NCBI GenBank assembly: GCA_934133195.1
Contig: CAKPAZ010000005.1
Span: forward strand, 537-64,536
DNA length: 64,000 bases
Direction: 5' to 3'
DNA from: an uncultured Bacilli bacterium
Lineage (GTDB): Bacteria; Bacillota_I; Bacilli_A; ML615J-28; CAG-313
Each line of letters starts with the position of its first letter. The first letter of the stretch is position 1. Positions 10,682 through 19,880 of this stretch are shown here, in pieces. The notes under the pieces are model-generated. The model had not been told where the DNA came from. It saw only the letters and a program-made list of their open reading frames with translations, and made no database searches. The translations under genes were made by a program, and so were the position numbers.

Positions 10682-10710
10682 AAAAGGTCTATTAATTTAG
10701 ACCTTTTTTT
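10682..10710 (+). terminator. Rho-independent terminator of the str/tuf operon
   Basis: AAAAGGTCTA / TAGACCTTTT stem, 6-nt loop, T-run to 10710. Confidence 0.85.
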
Positions 10711-10764
10711 GTCCTTTAATTTAAACGTTTTACCCTAAAGTGTTCATTTTTACCATTATAACTC

Positions 10765-10793
10765 TTGCAAGATATGTCGAAATATGATACAAT
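10765..10793 (+). promoter_or_regulatory. Sigma-A promoter of the acyltransferase/lipid-kinase operon
   Basis: TTGCAA (10765-10770), 17-nt spacer, TACAAT (10788-10793). Confidence 0.6.
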
Positions 10794-10816
10794 AAGACAT
10801 AGTGAAGGTGAAGAAT

Positions 10817-11635
10817 ATGGTTAAAAAAGTTGTAATAATTTTAAGTGTGATAACAACGATTATAGTATCAATTTTAATACCTATTACATCATGGCAACAA
10901 ATCTGGATTCCTATTGTTGTTCTAGTTGGATCATTTATTGGGTATTTCATTTTATATATGCTATTCTTATTTATCATTTCACTTACTATTAACGATAAAA
11001 AAGAATATGATAAACCAAATAAGTTTTATCGCTTTTTGTTATTAATTACTATGCAGATGCTTTATGATATGGGAGGAGCAAAAGTAAAGGTTACAGGTCT
11101 TGATCTAGTACCAACCGATCAAAGGTATATGTTAGTTTTTAACCATCGTTCAAAGTTTGATCCCATAATTCAAACTTATGTATTAAGAAAGAATAATTTA
11201 GTTCATATATCTAAACCTTCAAATTTTAAAGCTCCAATTGCTGGTAAATTTATGAAGAGGTGTGGTTATTTATCAATTGATAGAGAAAACTCTAAAAATG
11301 GCCTAAAAACAATCCTTAAAGCGATAGATTTAATAGAGAGTGGTACTGCTTCAGTTGGTGTTAGTCCTGAAGGTACAAGAAACTACCAAGATGGATTATT
11401 ACCATTTAGAGCAGGATGCTTTAAAATAGCTTTAAAAGCTCAATGTCCAATTGTGGTATGTACAATGCGAAATACTTTAGATATCCATAAAAACTTTCCA
11501 TTCAAAAAAACTAAAGTTGAAATGCGAATTATAAAAGTAATACCATATGAAGAAATTAAAGATATGAACACACAAGAAATTTCTGACATGGTAAGAAAAC
11601 TAATGTGTGAAGATTTAAATATTGTGGAGGAATAA
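10817..11635 (+). CDS. Membrane-anchored lysophospholipid (1-acyl-sn-glycerol-3-phosphate) acyltransferase family protein
   Basis: Two N-terminal TM helices followed by LPLAT motifs NHRSKFDP (HX4D), YLSIDR, PEGTR and CPIVV. ATG at 10817 follows GAAGGTGAAG. The tracked GTG at 10802 is less likely. Confidence 0.8.
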   Translation: MVKKVVIILSVITTIIVSILIPITSWQQIWIPIVVLVGSFIGYFILYMLFLFIISLTINDKKEYDKPNKFYRFLLLITMQMLYDMGGAKVKVTGLDLVPTDQRYMLVFNHRSKFDPIIQTYVLRKNNLVHISKPSNFKAPIAGKFMKRCGYLSIDRENSKNGLKTILKAIDLIESGTASVGVSPEGTRNYQDGLLPFRAGCFKIALKAQCPIVVCTMRNTLDIHKNFPFKKTKVEMRIIKVIPYEEIKDMNTQEISDMVRKLMCEDLNIVEE

Positions 11636-11639
11636 CAAG

Positions 11640-12488
11640 ATGAATTATATTTTATATAACCCAAAAGCAAACAATGGAAATTCGAATAAAAGATTAGAAG
11701 AATTTATAAAAAAGAATCCAGAAGATCATGTAGTCGTAAATGTACTAGAAAATATTGATTACAAGAATCTATTTAAAGAATTACAAGAAAATGATGAAAT
11801 CACTATTGTCGGTGGTGATGGAACATTAAATCATTTTATTAATGATACAAAAGATTTAAATATTAACTGTAATATATATATGCTTGCGGCTGGCACTGGT
11901 GAAGATTTCTTCAATGATATCGGTATGAAACCTGAAAGAGGAAGAGTTCAAATTAATCAATATTTAAAGAACTTACCAATTGTAACAGTTAACGATAAAG
12001 ATTATTTATTCATTAATGGTATTGGATATGGTATTGATGGATATTGTTGTGAAACTGCAGATAAATTAAAAGAAAAGACTACTAAACCTATTAATTATAC
12101 AAGTATTGCGATTAAAGGCTTATTATTCCATTATAAAGCACCTAATGCGAAAATCACAGTTGATGGTGTAACCAAAACTTACAAACACGTATGGCTTGCA
12201 CCAACAATGAAAGGTCGTTTCTATGGTGGTGGTATGATGGTTGCTCCAAATCAAGATCGTAACGATCCAGAACAAAAAGTAACTGTAGTCGTATTACATA
12301 AAGCAGGAAAGTTAAAAACTTTAATGGTTTTCCCTTCAATATTTAAAGGAGAACATGTAAAGCATACAAAGATGGTAGATGTTATTTCAGGCCATAATAT
12401 AGAAGTAGAATTTGATCGACCAACTGCCTTACAAATAGATGGTGAAACCTTTGTTGGTATAACTAAATATAGTGTACGAACAAAATAG
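11640..12488 (+). CDS. DagK/YegS-family lipid kinase
   Basis: GGDGT motif and AGTGEDFF (a variant of GTGNDF). ATG at 11640 follows GGAGGA. Confidence 0.75.
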   Translation: MNYILYNPKANNGNSNKRLEEFIKKNPEDHVVVNVLENIDYKNLFKELQENDEITIVGGDGTLNHFINDTKDLNINCNIYMLAAGTGEDFFNDIGMKPERGRVQINQYLKNLPIVTVNDKDYLFINGIGYGIDGYCCETADKLKEKTTKPINYTSIAIKGLLFHYKAPNAKITVDGVTKTYKHVWLAPTMKGRFYGGGMMVAPNQDRNDPEQKVTVVVLHKAGKLKTLMVFPSIFKGEHVKHTKMVDVISGHNIEVEFDRPTALQIDGETFVGITKYSVRTK

Positions 12489-12496
12489 GTGAATAA

Positions 12497-13246
12497 ATGA
12501 TAAGGTTTTATTTACTAATCATTTTAAATCTTCATTTATGCTTAAAATTTTTAAAAGGCTTAAATAAAATATTAAAACATCCGGAAAACTATACAGATGA
12601 AATGAGATATCAATATTGTCGTGAAATTATTCACACAATAAACAAAAAAGGAAAAATCAATGTTGAGGGCTTTGGTACAGAAAACCTACCAAAAAATACA
12701 GGTTATGTACTATATTCAAATCACCAAGGAAGATATGATGCCATTGGTATTTTGGAAACTCACGAAGCTCCATGTCGAGTTGTAATAAAAAAACATCGCG
12801 GCAAGGCCCCTTTAATTAGACAATTTCTAGATGTTCTACAAGCTAAAAAGTTGGAAGTTGGAAATTTAAAAGGAACCTTACAAATGTTTAAAGAAGTAGA
12901 ACAAGAAATAATGGATGGAAAAAAATATCTAATTTTTCCTGAAGGAATTTATCATAAAAATAAAAATACTCTTCAAGAGTTTCACACTGGTTGTATGAGA
13001 TTCCTTCATAATGCTAAATGTCCCATTGTTCCTGTAGCTATATATGATACATATAAAGTATTTAATGTAAATTCATTAAAGAGAGTTCATTGTGAAGTTC
13101 ATTATTTAAATCCAATTTATTATGAAGAATATGAAAATTTATCAAAAAATGAAATAGCTGAACTAATAAAGTCTCGCATTCAGGAAAAGATAAATGAAAG
13201 AAATTTATATTATAAAGAATTAAAAAGTAATAAGAAACGTAGATAA
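12497..13246 (+). CDS. Second LPLAT-family acyltransferase
   Basis: NHQGRYD (HX4D), FPEG and CPIVPVAI motifs. 249 aa. Confidence 0.75.
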   Translation: MIRFYLLIILNLHLCLKFLKGLNKILKHPENYTDEMRYQYCREIIHTINKKGKINVEGFGTENLPKNTGYVLYSNHQGRYDAIGILETHEAPCRVVIKKHRGKAPLIRQFLDVLQAKKLEVGNLKGTLQMFKEVEQEIMDGKKYLIFPEGIYHKNKNTLQEFHTGCMRFLHNAKCPIVPVAIYDTYKVFNVNSLKRVHCEVHYLNPIYYEEYENLSKNEIAELIKSRIQEKINERNLYYKELKSNKKRR

Positions 13247-13264
13247 GTTTACGTTTCTTTTTTC
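13232..13264 (+). terminator. Rho-independent terminator of the lipid operon
   Basis: AAGAAACGT / ACGTTTCTT stem whose loop contains the stop codon, followed by a T-run. Confidence 0.7.
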
Positions 13265-13298
13265 TTGTGATATAATAGAATAAAGGAAGGAATAGATT

Positions 13299-14063
13299 AT
13301 GTTAATTGATACACATGTGCATTTAAATCATGAAAATATCTACAAAAAAATAGATCAAGTTATTGAAGAAGCAAAAAATAATAATGTAAAAAAATTTATT
13401 GTTGTAGGGTATGATCTACAAACATCAATTAAAGCCATAGAAATAGCAGAAAAATATGATTGCTGTTTTGCGGCTATAGGCTTTCATCCAACAGAAATTG
13501 CTACATATACAGATGAAGAATATAATTGGTTAGATATGGCATCGAATAATCCAAAAGTTGTGGCTATAGGTGAGATAGGGTTCGACTTCCATTGGGATAC
13601 AACAACCAAAAAAGAACAAACAGAAGCTTTTATTAGACAAATTAATATTGCTAAAAAACATAGTTTACCACTTATTATTCATAGTAGAGATGCCATTCAA
13701 CTTACTTTTGATACGTTAAAACAAAACAAAGCAAATGAAGTAGGTGGGGTAATGCATTCATATAGTGGTAGTTTAGAAATGGCAAAAGAATTTGTTAAGC
13801 TAAATTTTATGATTGGTATATCAGGACCAGTGACTTTTAAGAATGGTAAAGTTATGAAAGAAGTCGTTGCAGGAATTGATTTGAAATTCTTATTATCAGA
13901 AACGGATACTCCTTACCTAACTCCTCATCCTTATCGTGGTACTGAGAATAGTCCTAAGTATATTCCACTTATCGTTGAAGAAATTGCAAAAATAAAAAAT
14001 GTTCCAACAATAGATGTTGAAACACAAATAGAAAAAAATGTAAATAAATTATTTGGGGTGTAA
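13299..14063 (+). CDS. tatD: TatD-family metal-dependent hydrolase/DNase
   Basis: 254 aa. N-terminal IDTHVHL, and a YabD/TatD-like pattern throughout. Confidence 0.88.
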   Translation: MLIDTHVHLNHENIYKKIDQVIEEAKNNNVKKFIVVGYDLQTSIKAIEIAEKYDCCFAAIGFHPTEIATYTDEEYNWLDMASNNPKVVAIGEIGFDFHWDTTTKKEQTEAFIRQINIAKKHSLPLIIHSRDAIQLTFDTLKQNKANEVGGVMHSYSGSLEMAKEFVKLNFMIGISGPVTFKNGKVMKEVVAGIDLKFLLSETDTPYLTPHPYRGTENSPKYIPLIVEEIAKIKNVPTIDVETQIEKNVNKLFGV

Positions 14064-14065
14064 AT

Positions 14066-14836
14066 ATGAAAAAATTAAGTAAAATATTAGTAACAATAAT
14101 GTTAATGTTATTGATTAGCTCTTGTGCAAGAGAAACGGTAAATACCAATGAAATTATAACCAAAAAAATAGACTATGTAGAAAACATTACTATAAACGAT
14201 TTAGAAGATGCCTTAGTTCTTGCTTGTGAAAAAGCTGAAGCAACAGTTGTAGGAGTAGAAGCTAGTGGTGTTTTAACAAATGGCTTTGGCAGTGGTGTAA
14301 TAATTAATTATGAAAAACAAATAGATACTTATAAATATACTGTACTTACAAATTTCCATGTAGTTAGTTATAAAAATACATTATTAAATACTGTTAAAAT
14401 TTATCTTGGAAAATATAAAGAAACTTGTTCTGCTAAGGTATTAGATTATAATAAAGAAATAGATGTTGCCTTCGTTTCCTTTGAATCATCAAGATTACTT
14501 GCAACAGCACCAGTTGGTGATAGTGCAAACTTTAAAAAAGGAAGATTTGCGATTGCAATTGGTTGTCCTTATGATCTAGTAACTTACTATGATTCTGTTT
14601 CCATCGGTAATGTGTCATCACCTAATAGATTAGTAGAAGATGATAATGGTTATAGTAATTATTATATTCAACATACAGCTGCCATTAATTCAGGTAACTC
14701 TGGTGGTGGATTATTCGATATCCATGGTAACCTAATGGGAATAAATACTTGGAAATATGCGGAAACGGATATTGAAGGTATGGGTTTCGCAATTCCTCTT
14801 CATATCATAGTTCAAAAATATCCAAAATACTTTTAA
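14066..14836 (+). CDS. Trypsin-like (S1C) serine protease lipoprotein without a PDZ domain
   Basis: Lipobox LISSC. Catalytic blocks TNFHVV (His), IDVAFV (Asp) and GNSGGGLF (Ser). Confidence 0.8.
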   Translation: MKKLSKILVTIMLMLLISSCARETVNTNEIITKKIDYVENITINDLEDALVLACEKAEATVVGVEASGVLTNGFGSGVIINYEKQIDTYKYTVLTNFHVVSYKNTLLNTVKIYLGKYKETCSAKVLDYNKEIDVAFVSFESSRLLATAPVGDSANFKKGRFAIAIGCPYDLVTYYDSVSIGNVSSPNRLVEDDNGYSNYYIQHTAAINSGNSGGGLFDIHGNLMGINTWKYAETDIEGMGFAIPLHIIVQKYPKYF

Positions 14837-14871
14837 AAAATGTTATAGAGTAATCTCTATAACATTTTTTT
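14835..14871. terminator. Bidirectional terminator between convergent genes
   Basis: AAAAAATGTTATAGAG / CTCTATAACATTTTTT perfect stem with a 4-nt loop. It has A/T runs on both sides and overlaps the SDR stop codon. Confidence 0.8.
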
Positions 14872-15520
14872 ACCATATAAAATTAGACTTAATTTTTTCA
14901 CCATTATCAATTAAAATATCTTCACCTGTCATACTTTTATTAACAACAGTTACAAAATATACCCATTCAGCTATTTCATCAACATCTGCCCATTTGTGTA
15001 GTAATGCTTCATCTAAAACAGCATTCCATAATTTTTCATCTTTCATTATATGATCATTGATATCAGTTTTAACACCGCCTGGAGAAATAGAATTAGCTGT
15101 TGCTCCATACTTAGCAAGTCTTAATGCTACATTTTTGGTATAAGCAAGCACTCCTCCTTTTGATGCCGCATACTCTGGAAATTCAGCTCCGGTAGAAGCA
15201 CTAGAAGATGCAATATTACAAACGGCTTTAATTTTCTCATTAAAGGCGTATTTTTCAGTTATCTTAATTGTACCAATAAGATTAACTGTTATATCTTTTT
15301 CTGTCATTGATTGTATTCCAGCATTATTAACTAAAATTTCAACATCATTAATATCTGGTAATGCGTCTGTACTTACATCAACATTATAATGTATGTAATG
15401 TTCATTTTTTATAGTTGCATCCAGAACATCAAACCCAATAACATTATGCCCCATAGCTAAAAATTTTAAAGCAATTGCTTTTCCAATTCCTTTTGATGTG
15501 CCAGTAATTAACACTTTCAT
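14870..15520 (-). CDS. Short-chain dehydrogenase/reductase (SDR) family oxidoreductase
   Basis: TGTSKGIGKA Rossmann motif, NNAG, and a Y...K active-site block (YAASKGG). ATG at 15520 follows GAGGAGTGAG. Confidence 0.8.
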   Translation of the reverse strand: MKVLITGTSKGIGKAIALKFLAMGHNVIGFDVLDATIKNEHYIHYNVDVSTDALPDINDVEILVNNAGIQSMTEKDITVNLIGTIKITEKYAFNEKIKAVCNIASSSASTGAEFPEYAASKGGVLAYTKNVALRLAKYGATANSISPGGVKTDINDHIMKDEKLWNAVLDEALLHKWADVDEIAEWVYFVTVVNKSMTGEDILIDNGEKIKSNFIW

Positions 15521-15524
15521 CTTC

Positions 15525-16265
15525 TCACTCCTCACATTTTAAAAAGTTAAAATATTCTTGTCCAACATTTTCTTCTTTCCACTTGCTTGAGATTTTGTAT
15601 CCAAGAGGTGAAAAGATAACTTCCATTAACAATTCTAAGAATGCTCCAACTATTGCTGAACCAATACATTGAAGGATACTATAACTAAATCCCCAATATT
15701 TAGGTGCAAATATCATAAAGACAATCGTCGCAAATAAAAAGTTATCAGCAAATTGACCGATGAACGTTGAAACAAAACTTCTTGTCGCATAAGCTACTTT
15801 TCCATCAGGATTATTTTTAAATAATTTTCCAATTGTCCAATTTAAAAAATTATTAATTATTCCTGATGCAAGAAACGCAATAGAACTTCCTAAAAGTACA
15901 AACCAAGTACAACTAAAAACACTATTAAATGCTTGAAATTGATCGCCTTGTTGAAAATCTTTACCTATTTCAATTTGAAGAGAAGCAATTAAAGCAAATA
16001 GTCCCACAAATAAAAGATTAAGCAGAAGGGCTAAAATATTAAGTTTAGTTGCAGCCTTAGGTCCAAAATGTTTTGTAACAATATCCATGCATAAGAATGG
16101 TATCCAGCTAAGAAGGAAACCTCCATCAATTGCTACATATTTAGAATTTAATATAACCTTGTTTGCCATTAGGTTCATCACAATAACGGAAAGGCAAAAA
16201 AAGGTTGTAAGCAATCCTGGAATGTTTCGTAATAAAATTTTGTAATCTTTAAGTAATTTTTTCAT
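15525..16265 (-). CDS. YhhQ/DUF165 (VUT) family queuosine-precursor transporter-like membrane protein
   Basis: 246 aa from ATG at 16265 (RBS GAGGA). Multi-TM protein with blocks NLMANKV...DGG...IPFLCMDIVTKHFGPKAA and FIGQFADNFLF, typical of YhhQ. The tracked ORF extends upstream through the terminator and tRNA and is rejected. Confidence 0.7.
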   Translation of the reverse strand: MKKLLKDYKILLRNIPGLLTTFFCLSVIVMNLMANKVILNSKYVAIDGGFLLSWIPFLCMDIVTKHFGPKAATKLNILALLLNLLFVGLFALIASLQIEIGKDFQQGDQFQAFNSVFSCTWFVLLGSSIAFLASGIINNFLNWTIGKLFKNNPDGKVAYATRSFVSTFIGQFADNFLFATIVFMIFAPKYWGFSYSILQCIGSAIVGAFLELLMEVIFSPLGYKISSKWKEENVGQEYFNFLKCEE

Positions 16266-16305
16266 ATTTATATCCTCATATACAAAATAAGATATAAAGC
16301 AGTCG

Positions 16306-16332
16306 TAAAAAAAGAGGGTATAGTAACCCTCT
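16306..16332 (-). terminator. Terminator downstream of tRNA-Leu
   Basis: On the minus strand, AGAGGGT-tactat-ACCCTCT is followed by TTTTTTT. Confidence 0.7.
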
Positions 16333-16407
16333 AGTAAATTCAATTTCCTAGTTTTGTTTAGAGACAGGATGGTTACGAACTGTCTTAATATTCTTATATT
16401 AAAATTA

Positions 16408-16494
16408 TGGTGCCGGTGGTCGGACTCGAACCGACACACCCTCATCAGGTACTGGATTTTGAGTCCAGCGCGTCTACCATTTCACCACACCGGC
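16408..16494 (-). tRNA. tRNA-Leu (anticodon CAA), class II with a long variable arm and encoded CCA
   Basis: The minus strand reads GCCGGTG...CTGGA-CTCAAAA-TCCAG...GTCGGTTCGAGTCCGAC-CACCGGC-A-CCA. The cloverleaf folds by eye and the anticodon loop is CU-CAA-AA. Confidence 0.9.
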
Positions 16495-16506
16495 CTTACC
16501 TTAATT

Positions 16507-16535
16507 ATTATACACCAAAATGTATTTTTAATCAA
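16507..16535 (-). promoter_or_regulatory. Consensus promoter for tRNA-Leu
   Basis: Minus strand TTGATT, 17-nt spacer, TATAAT. The -10 element ends about 12 nt before the mature tRNA 5' end. Confidence 0.65.
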
Positions 16536-16558
16536 GTATAAGGCTATTAAGCGATATT

Positions 16559-18526
16559 TTAAAATGGAATGTTATCAGTATAAAGAATTTTAATATACCA
16601 TGGAATATTTGATTTTTTAAAATAAATAGGTTTGTAATATTCGTTAAAAGTTGGATAAAATCCAGTCATCGGATTAAGATCAATACTTATAATATTTTCA
16701 GGAGTTTTATACCAAGTACCATTATTATTTTTGTATCCTTCAACAATATCAGCCCAAACATACTTTCCAAATCTTAAATCACTAGTTTTAGTAACAGCAC
16801 GATTGTCATCGTATCCTGTCCAAACACATGCTACAATATCTTGATTATATCCTACCATCCAATTATCAGTATCAGTAGATCCACTTTTTCCAGCATACTT
16901 ATGAGATAATAAACTAGCAACTGCAGCTCCAGTTGGTCTAATGTTATAGGTAATATTATTGTCAAAAATGGAAGTCATTGTTTCATTTAATAAATAGCAA
17001 TCACCCTCATCAGCAATCACTGTTGATTTTTTCTTAGCTTGATATAAAACTTCACCATCAAATGTCTCAATCTTGGTAATGGTAGTAGGAGTGACTTTAG
17101 TTCCTAAATTAGCTATTGTCGCATACCCTTCAGTTAGTTCCTTAACAGATACTTCTTTAGTTCCTAAAGCAAGAGATGGAAGATCACTTGGAATGTTACC
17201 TTTAAAACCAAATCGCTTTAAAGTATCAGCTAAAACATCAGGCCCTAAAAACAAGTGTGTTTTCATTGCATATATATTATCGCTAGTCGCAATCGCATAT
17301 AACATAGAAATGTCTTTATCAGCATAGATACTTCGAAAATTAGTTGGTGCATATTTGTTACCGTGATAATAAAAAGTTGTTGCTTCACTTTTAAATGTTG
17401 TAGCAGGGGTAAACCCATTTTCTAATGCACTAAGATATAAGAATGGTTTAATCGTTGATCCTGGCTGTCTAATACTACTAATAGCACGATTGTAGGAACT
17501 TTTCTCATAATCTTTTCCTCCAATAACTGATAGAACATCACCAGTTTTGGGATTCATTACAAAACAAGCAATTTCAATATCTGAGTTTGGAATTCTATTT
17601 TTAATACTTTTAGTAATAGTTTGATATAAATCGATATCAAGAGTTGTATAAATTTTTAGCCCCTTATAGGCAACTCTTAAAATATCTGGATAATTATTAA
17701 GTTCATCAATAACCATATCTTGGAAAAAAGGAGCATTCTTAGATTCTAAATTAGGGTTTAACCCAATAAGTTTAGGAGTTTCATCTATAGCATCATCATA
17801 TTCATCTTTTGTAATAACTTTATCGTTTAACATTTCATCTAAGATTAATGTTGTACGTTCCTCATTATTTTTGGGATTTTTAATTGGTGAATATATCGTA
17901 GGTCCTTTGGGAATAGATGCTAAAATACAACTCTCTTTAAGGGTTAATTCACCAGCATGTTTGTTAAAATAAAAAATGCTAGCATCTTCAATCCCGTAAA
18001 TCCCATGATCAAAGTAGATAGCATTTAAGTATCCTTCGAGAATTTCATCTTTTGTATAGATGCTTTCAAATTTAATCGCAATCATCGCTTCATTAATTTT
18101 TCTTTTCCATGTTTGCTCACTATTTAAAAATAATGTTTTGACATATTGCTGAGTAATAGTAGATCCACCTTCTGATATTCCATTACTCTTGAGATTAGCT
18201 ACTAATGCTCCACCAATTCTAATAATATCAAGTCCATGATGCTTATAAAATCTTTTATCTTCAATGGAGATAAAGGCTTTTTTTACATAGGAAGATATAT
18301 TATCTAGCTTAACGTAAGATTGTTTTTTATTGTTACTATAACTTAAATACTTAACCCCACTACTATCATATAATTCAATATTTGTTATTTGAGGCATTGT
18401 ATATTTAATATTATAAGTTATAACACAAAATGTTAGTACTATCCCTAAAAAAATGAAAGTTGCTGACCCAATGGTCCATCGTAAAATTCTATCAATAATT
18501 TTTCTTTTTCTTTTTTTGTCACTCAT
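16559..18526 (-). CDS. ponA: Class A penicillin-binding protein (bifunctional glycosyltransferase/transpeptidase)
   Basis: N-terminal TM anchor. GT51 motifs EDKRFYKHHG, GGSTITQQ and RKINE. Transpeptidase motifs STIKP, SDN and KSGS. ATG at 18526 lies 7 nt after AGAGGT. Confidence 0.92.
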   Translation of the reverse strand: MSDKKRKRKIIDRILRWTIGSATFIFLGIVLTFCVITYNIKYTMPQITNIELYDSSGVKYLSYSNNKKQSYVKLDNISSYVKKAFISIEDKRFYKHHGLDIIRIGGALVANLKSNGISEGGSTITQQYVKTLFLNSEQTWKRKINEAMIAIKFESIYTKDEILEGYLNAIYFDHGIYGIEDASIFYFNKHAGELTLKESCILASIPKGPTIYSPIKNPKNNEERTTLILDEMLNDKVITKDEYDDAIDETPKLIGLNPNLESKNAPFFQDMVIDELNNYPDILRVAYKGLKIYTTLDIDLYQTITKSIKNRIPNSDIEIACFVMNPKTGDVLSVIGGKDYEKSSYNRAISSIRQPGSTIKPFLYLSALENGFTPATTFKSEATTFYYHGNKYAPTNFRSIYADKDISMLYAIATSDNIYAMKTHLFLGPDVLADTLKRFGFKGNIPSDLPSLALGTKEVSVKELTEGYATIANLGTKVTPTTITKIETFDGEVLYQAKKKSTVIADEGDCYLLNETMTSIFDNNITYNIRPTGAAVASLLSHKYAGKSGSTDTDNWMVGYNQDIVACVWTGYDDNRAVTKTSDLRFGKYVWADIVEGYKNNNGTWYKTPENIISIDLNPMTGFYPTFNEYYKPIYFKKSNIPWYIKILYTDNIPF

Positions 18527-18572
18527 ATTAATACCTCTATTCATCTAATATGATTAACAAAAAATAACTTAA

Positions 18573-18884
18573 TTATTCATTTTCATTAATATTTTGAAGT
18601 GCTTCATTTATTAAATCATCACTTGTAAAATAAATGTTTTCATAAGTAGTTTGAAAAAAGAAATTAGTAACAGGAACTCCTCCCTCGTGTAAAATATTTG
18701 TTTCTTTAAAATTTAAAATTAAATCTGTATTTGTAAAAATTAAATAGTCAAAAACATATGTTGTTTCTCCATCTTTAAGATGAGCATCATCAAGTAAGAA
18801 TACAGGATGATTAATAGTCAAGCATAAAGAATTGTTAATTTGACTATTTTTTGAAATAATTATAATTTGTTTAGCTAATTCCAT
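18573..18884 (-). CDS. Hypothetical 103-aa protein, first gene of the ponA operon
   Basis: ATG at 18884 lies 5 nt after GGTGA. There is no terminator before ponA. No motif was recognised with confidence. Confidence 0.5.
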   Translation of the reverse strand: MELAKQIIIISKNSQINNSLCLTINHPVFLLDDAHLKDGETTYVFDYLIFTNTDLILNFKETNILHEGGVPVTNFFFQTTYENIYFTSDDLINEALQNINENE

Positions 18885-18999
18885 ATATATCACCAATAAT
18901 ATTATAACATCAATAATTAAAAGAAAAAAACTAATAGCAATATAAATTAAAAACTAATTTACCAAAAAATCTAAGTTATTAAAAAATTATTTAATTATA

Positions 19000-19028
19000 T
19001 TGCAAAAAAAGCATAATTATGTTATAAT
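19000..19028 (+). promoter_or_regulatory. Consensus sigma-A promoter
   Basis: TTGCAA (19000-19005), 17-nt spacer, TATAAT (19023-19028). Confidence 0.6.
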
Positions 19029-19066
19029 AAAAAATACTAAAGAAATAGAATGTGAAGTGATAGACA

Positions 19067-19870
19067 TTGAAATTCAGATGTAAAAAATGCTTTAAAGTTC
19101 TTAATAAAAATGAAGAATATTGCACAAGCTGTGGTGAACATAGTGAAGAAGTAGCAGCATACATGGCTGAAAGTAAACATGAACTTGATAGTATCGCAAA
19201 ATTTAAATTATCACTTATTTTGTATTTGGCTATAGCCTTTATTGGTACAGGTGCTTTGATGATTACATTTGCGGTCATTCAAAATAGAAATTCATCAACC
19301 TACGATATGAATGCTTGTAAAGGCATTAGCTTTTTGATATCTAGTATTGTTTTGTTTATTGTTATGATTGCATTAAATTTCAAAGAATTAAAATCGATGT
19401 TATTTAATGGGACAACCAAACAACTAGGAGCATCTTTATTAGTAGGTATTCTTGTTATGGGAATTCTTGGAGTATTACATTATTTAAGTGTAAATACACG
19501 TGTTATTCCTAACTATATGGTTGATTTCTTAAATGGATCAATTGTCTTTGAAGTAGAAGGCAATTGGATGACTTCAACTACATTGTTGCTTTCATTACTA
19601 TTTAGTATTGTGGTAGAAGAAATAGTTTTTAGAAAAAGATTAATTGATGCATTAGATGATGAAACATTACTTGGTGATACAGCCATAATAATCATCAGTG
19701 CAGCAATAGCTACTATTCTTGATTTTATGTGGCTAATGTCCACGGAAACAATCATTACAATGTTTATTCTTAATATGGCAATGAGTGGAATATATATGAA
19801 TACTAATCGTAGTATTGGTATAAATATTATTCTTCGTGTCATTCTAATTTGCATAATTTTTATATTATAG
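19067..19870 (+). CDS. CPBP (CAAX/Abi) family intramembrane protease with an N-terminal zinc ribbon
   Basis: TTG start. CKKC-x11-CTSC ribbon, multiple TM helices, and the CPBP motif EEIVFRKRL. Confidence 0.7.
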   Translation: MKFRCKKCFKVLNKNEEYCTSCGEHSEEVAAYMAESKHELDSIAKFKLSLILYLAIAFIGTGALMITFAVIQNRNSSTYDMNACKGISFLISSIVLFIVMIALNFKELKSMLFNGTTKQLGASLLVGILVMGILGVLHYLSVNTRVIPNYMVDFLNGSIVFEVEGNWMTSTTLLLSLLFSIVVEEIVFRKRLIDALDDETLLGDTAIIIISAAIATILDFMWLMSTETIITMFILNMAMSGIYMNTNRSIGINIILRVILICIIFIL

Positions 19871-19880
19871 GAGGCATAAA

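Noticed and set aside
16266-16335. Possible preQ1 riboswitch upstream of the YhhQ-like queuosine-precursor transporter. The hairpin AGAGGGUUACUAUACCCUCU superficially resembles the preQ1-I P1 stem-loop.
   Set aside because: On the transcribed strand the hairpin is followed by UUUUUUU, not the conserved A-rich AAAAAACUA tail needed for the pseudoknot. It sits directly downstream of tRNA-Leu, so it is better explained as that gene's intrinsic terminator.
16354-16593. 79-aa plus-strand ORF overlapping the tRNA-Leu gene and the ponA 3' end.
   Set aside because: It is the antisense reading of a tRNA gene and its promoter, with no RBS.
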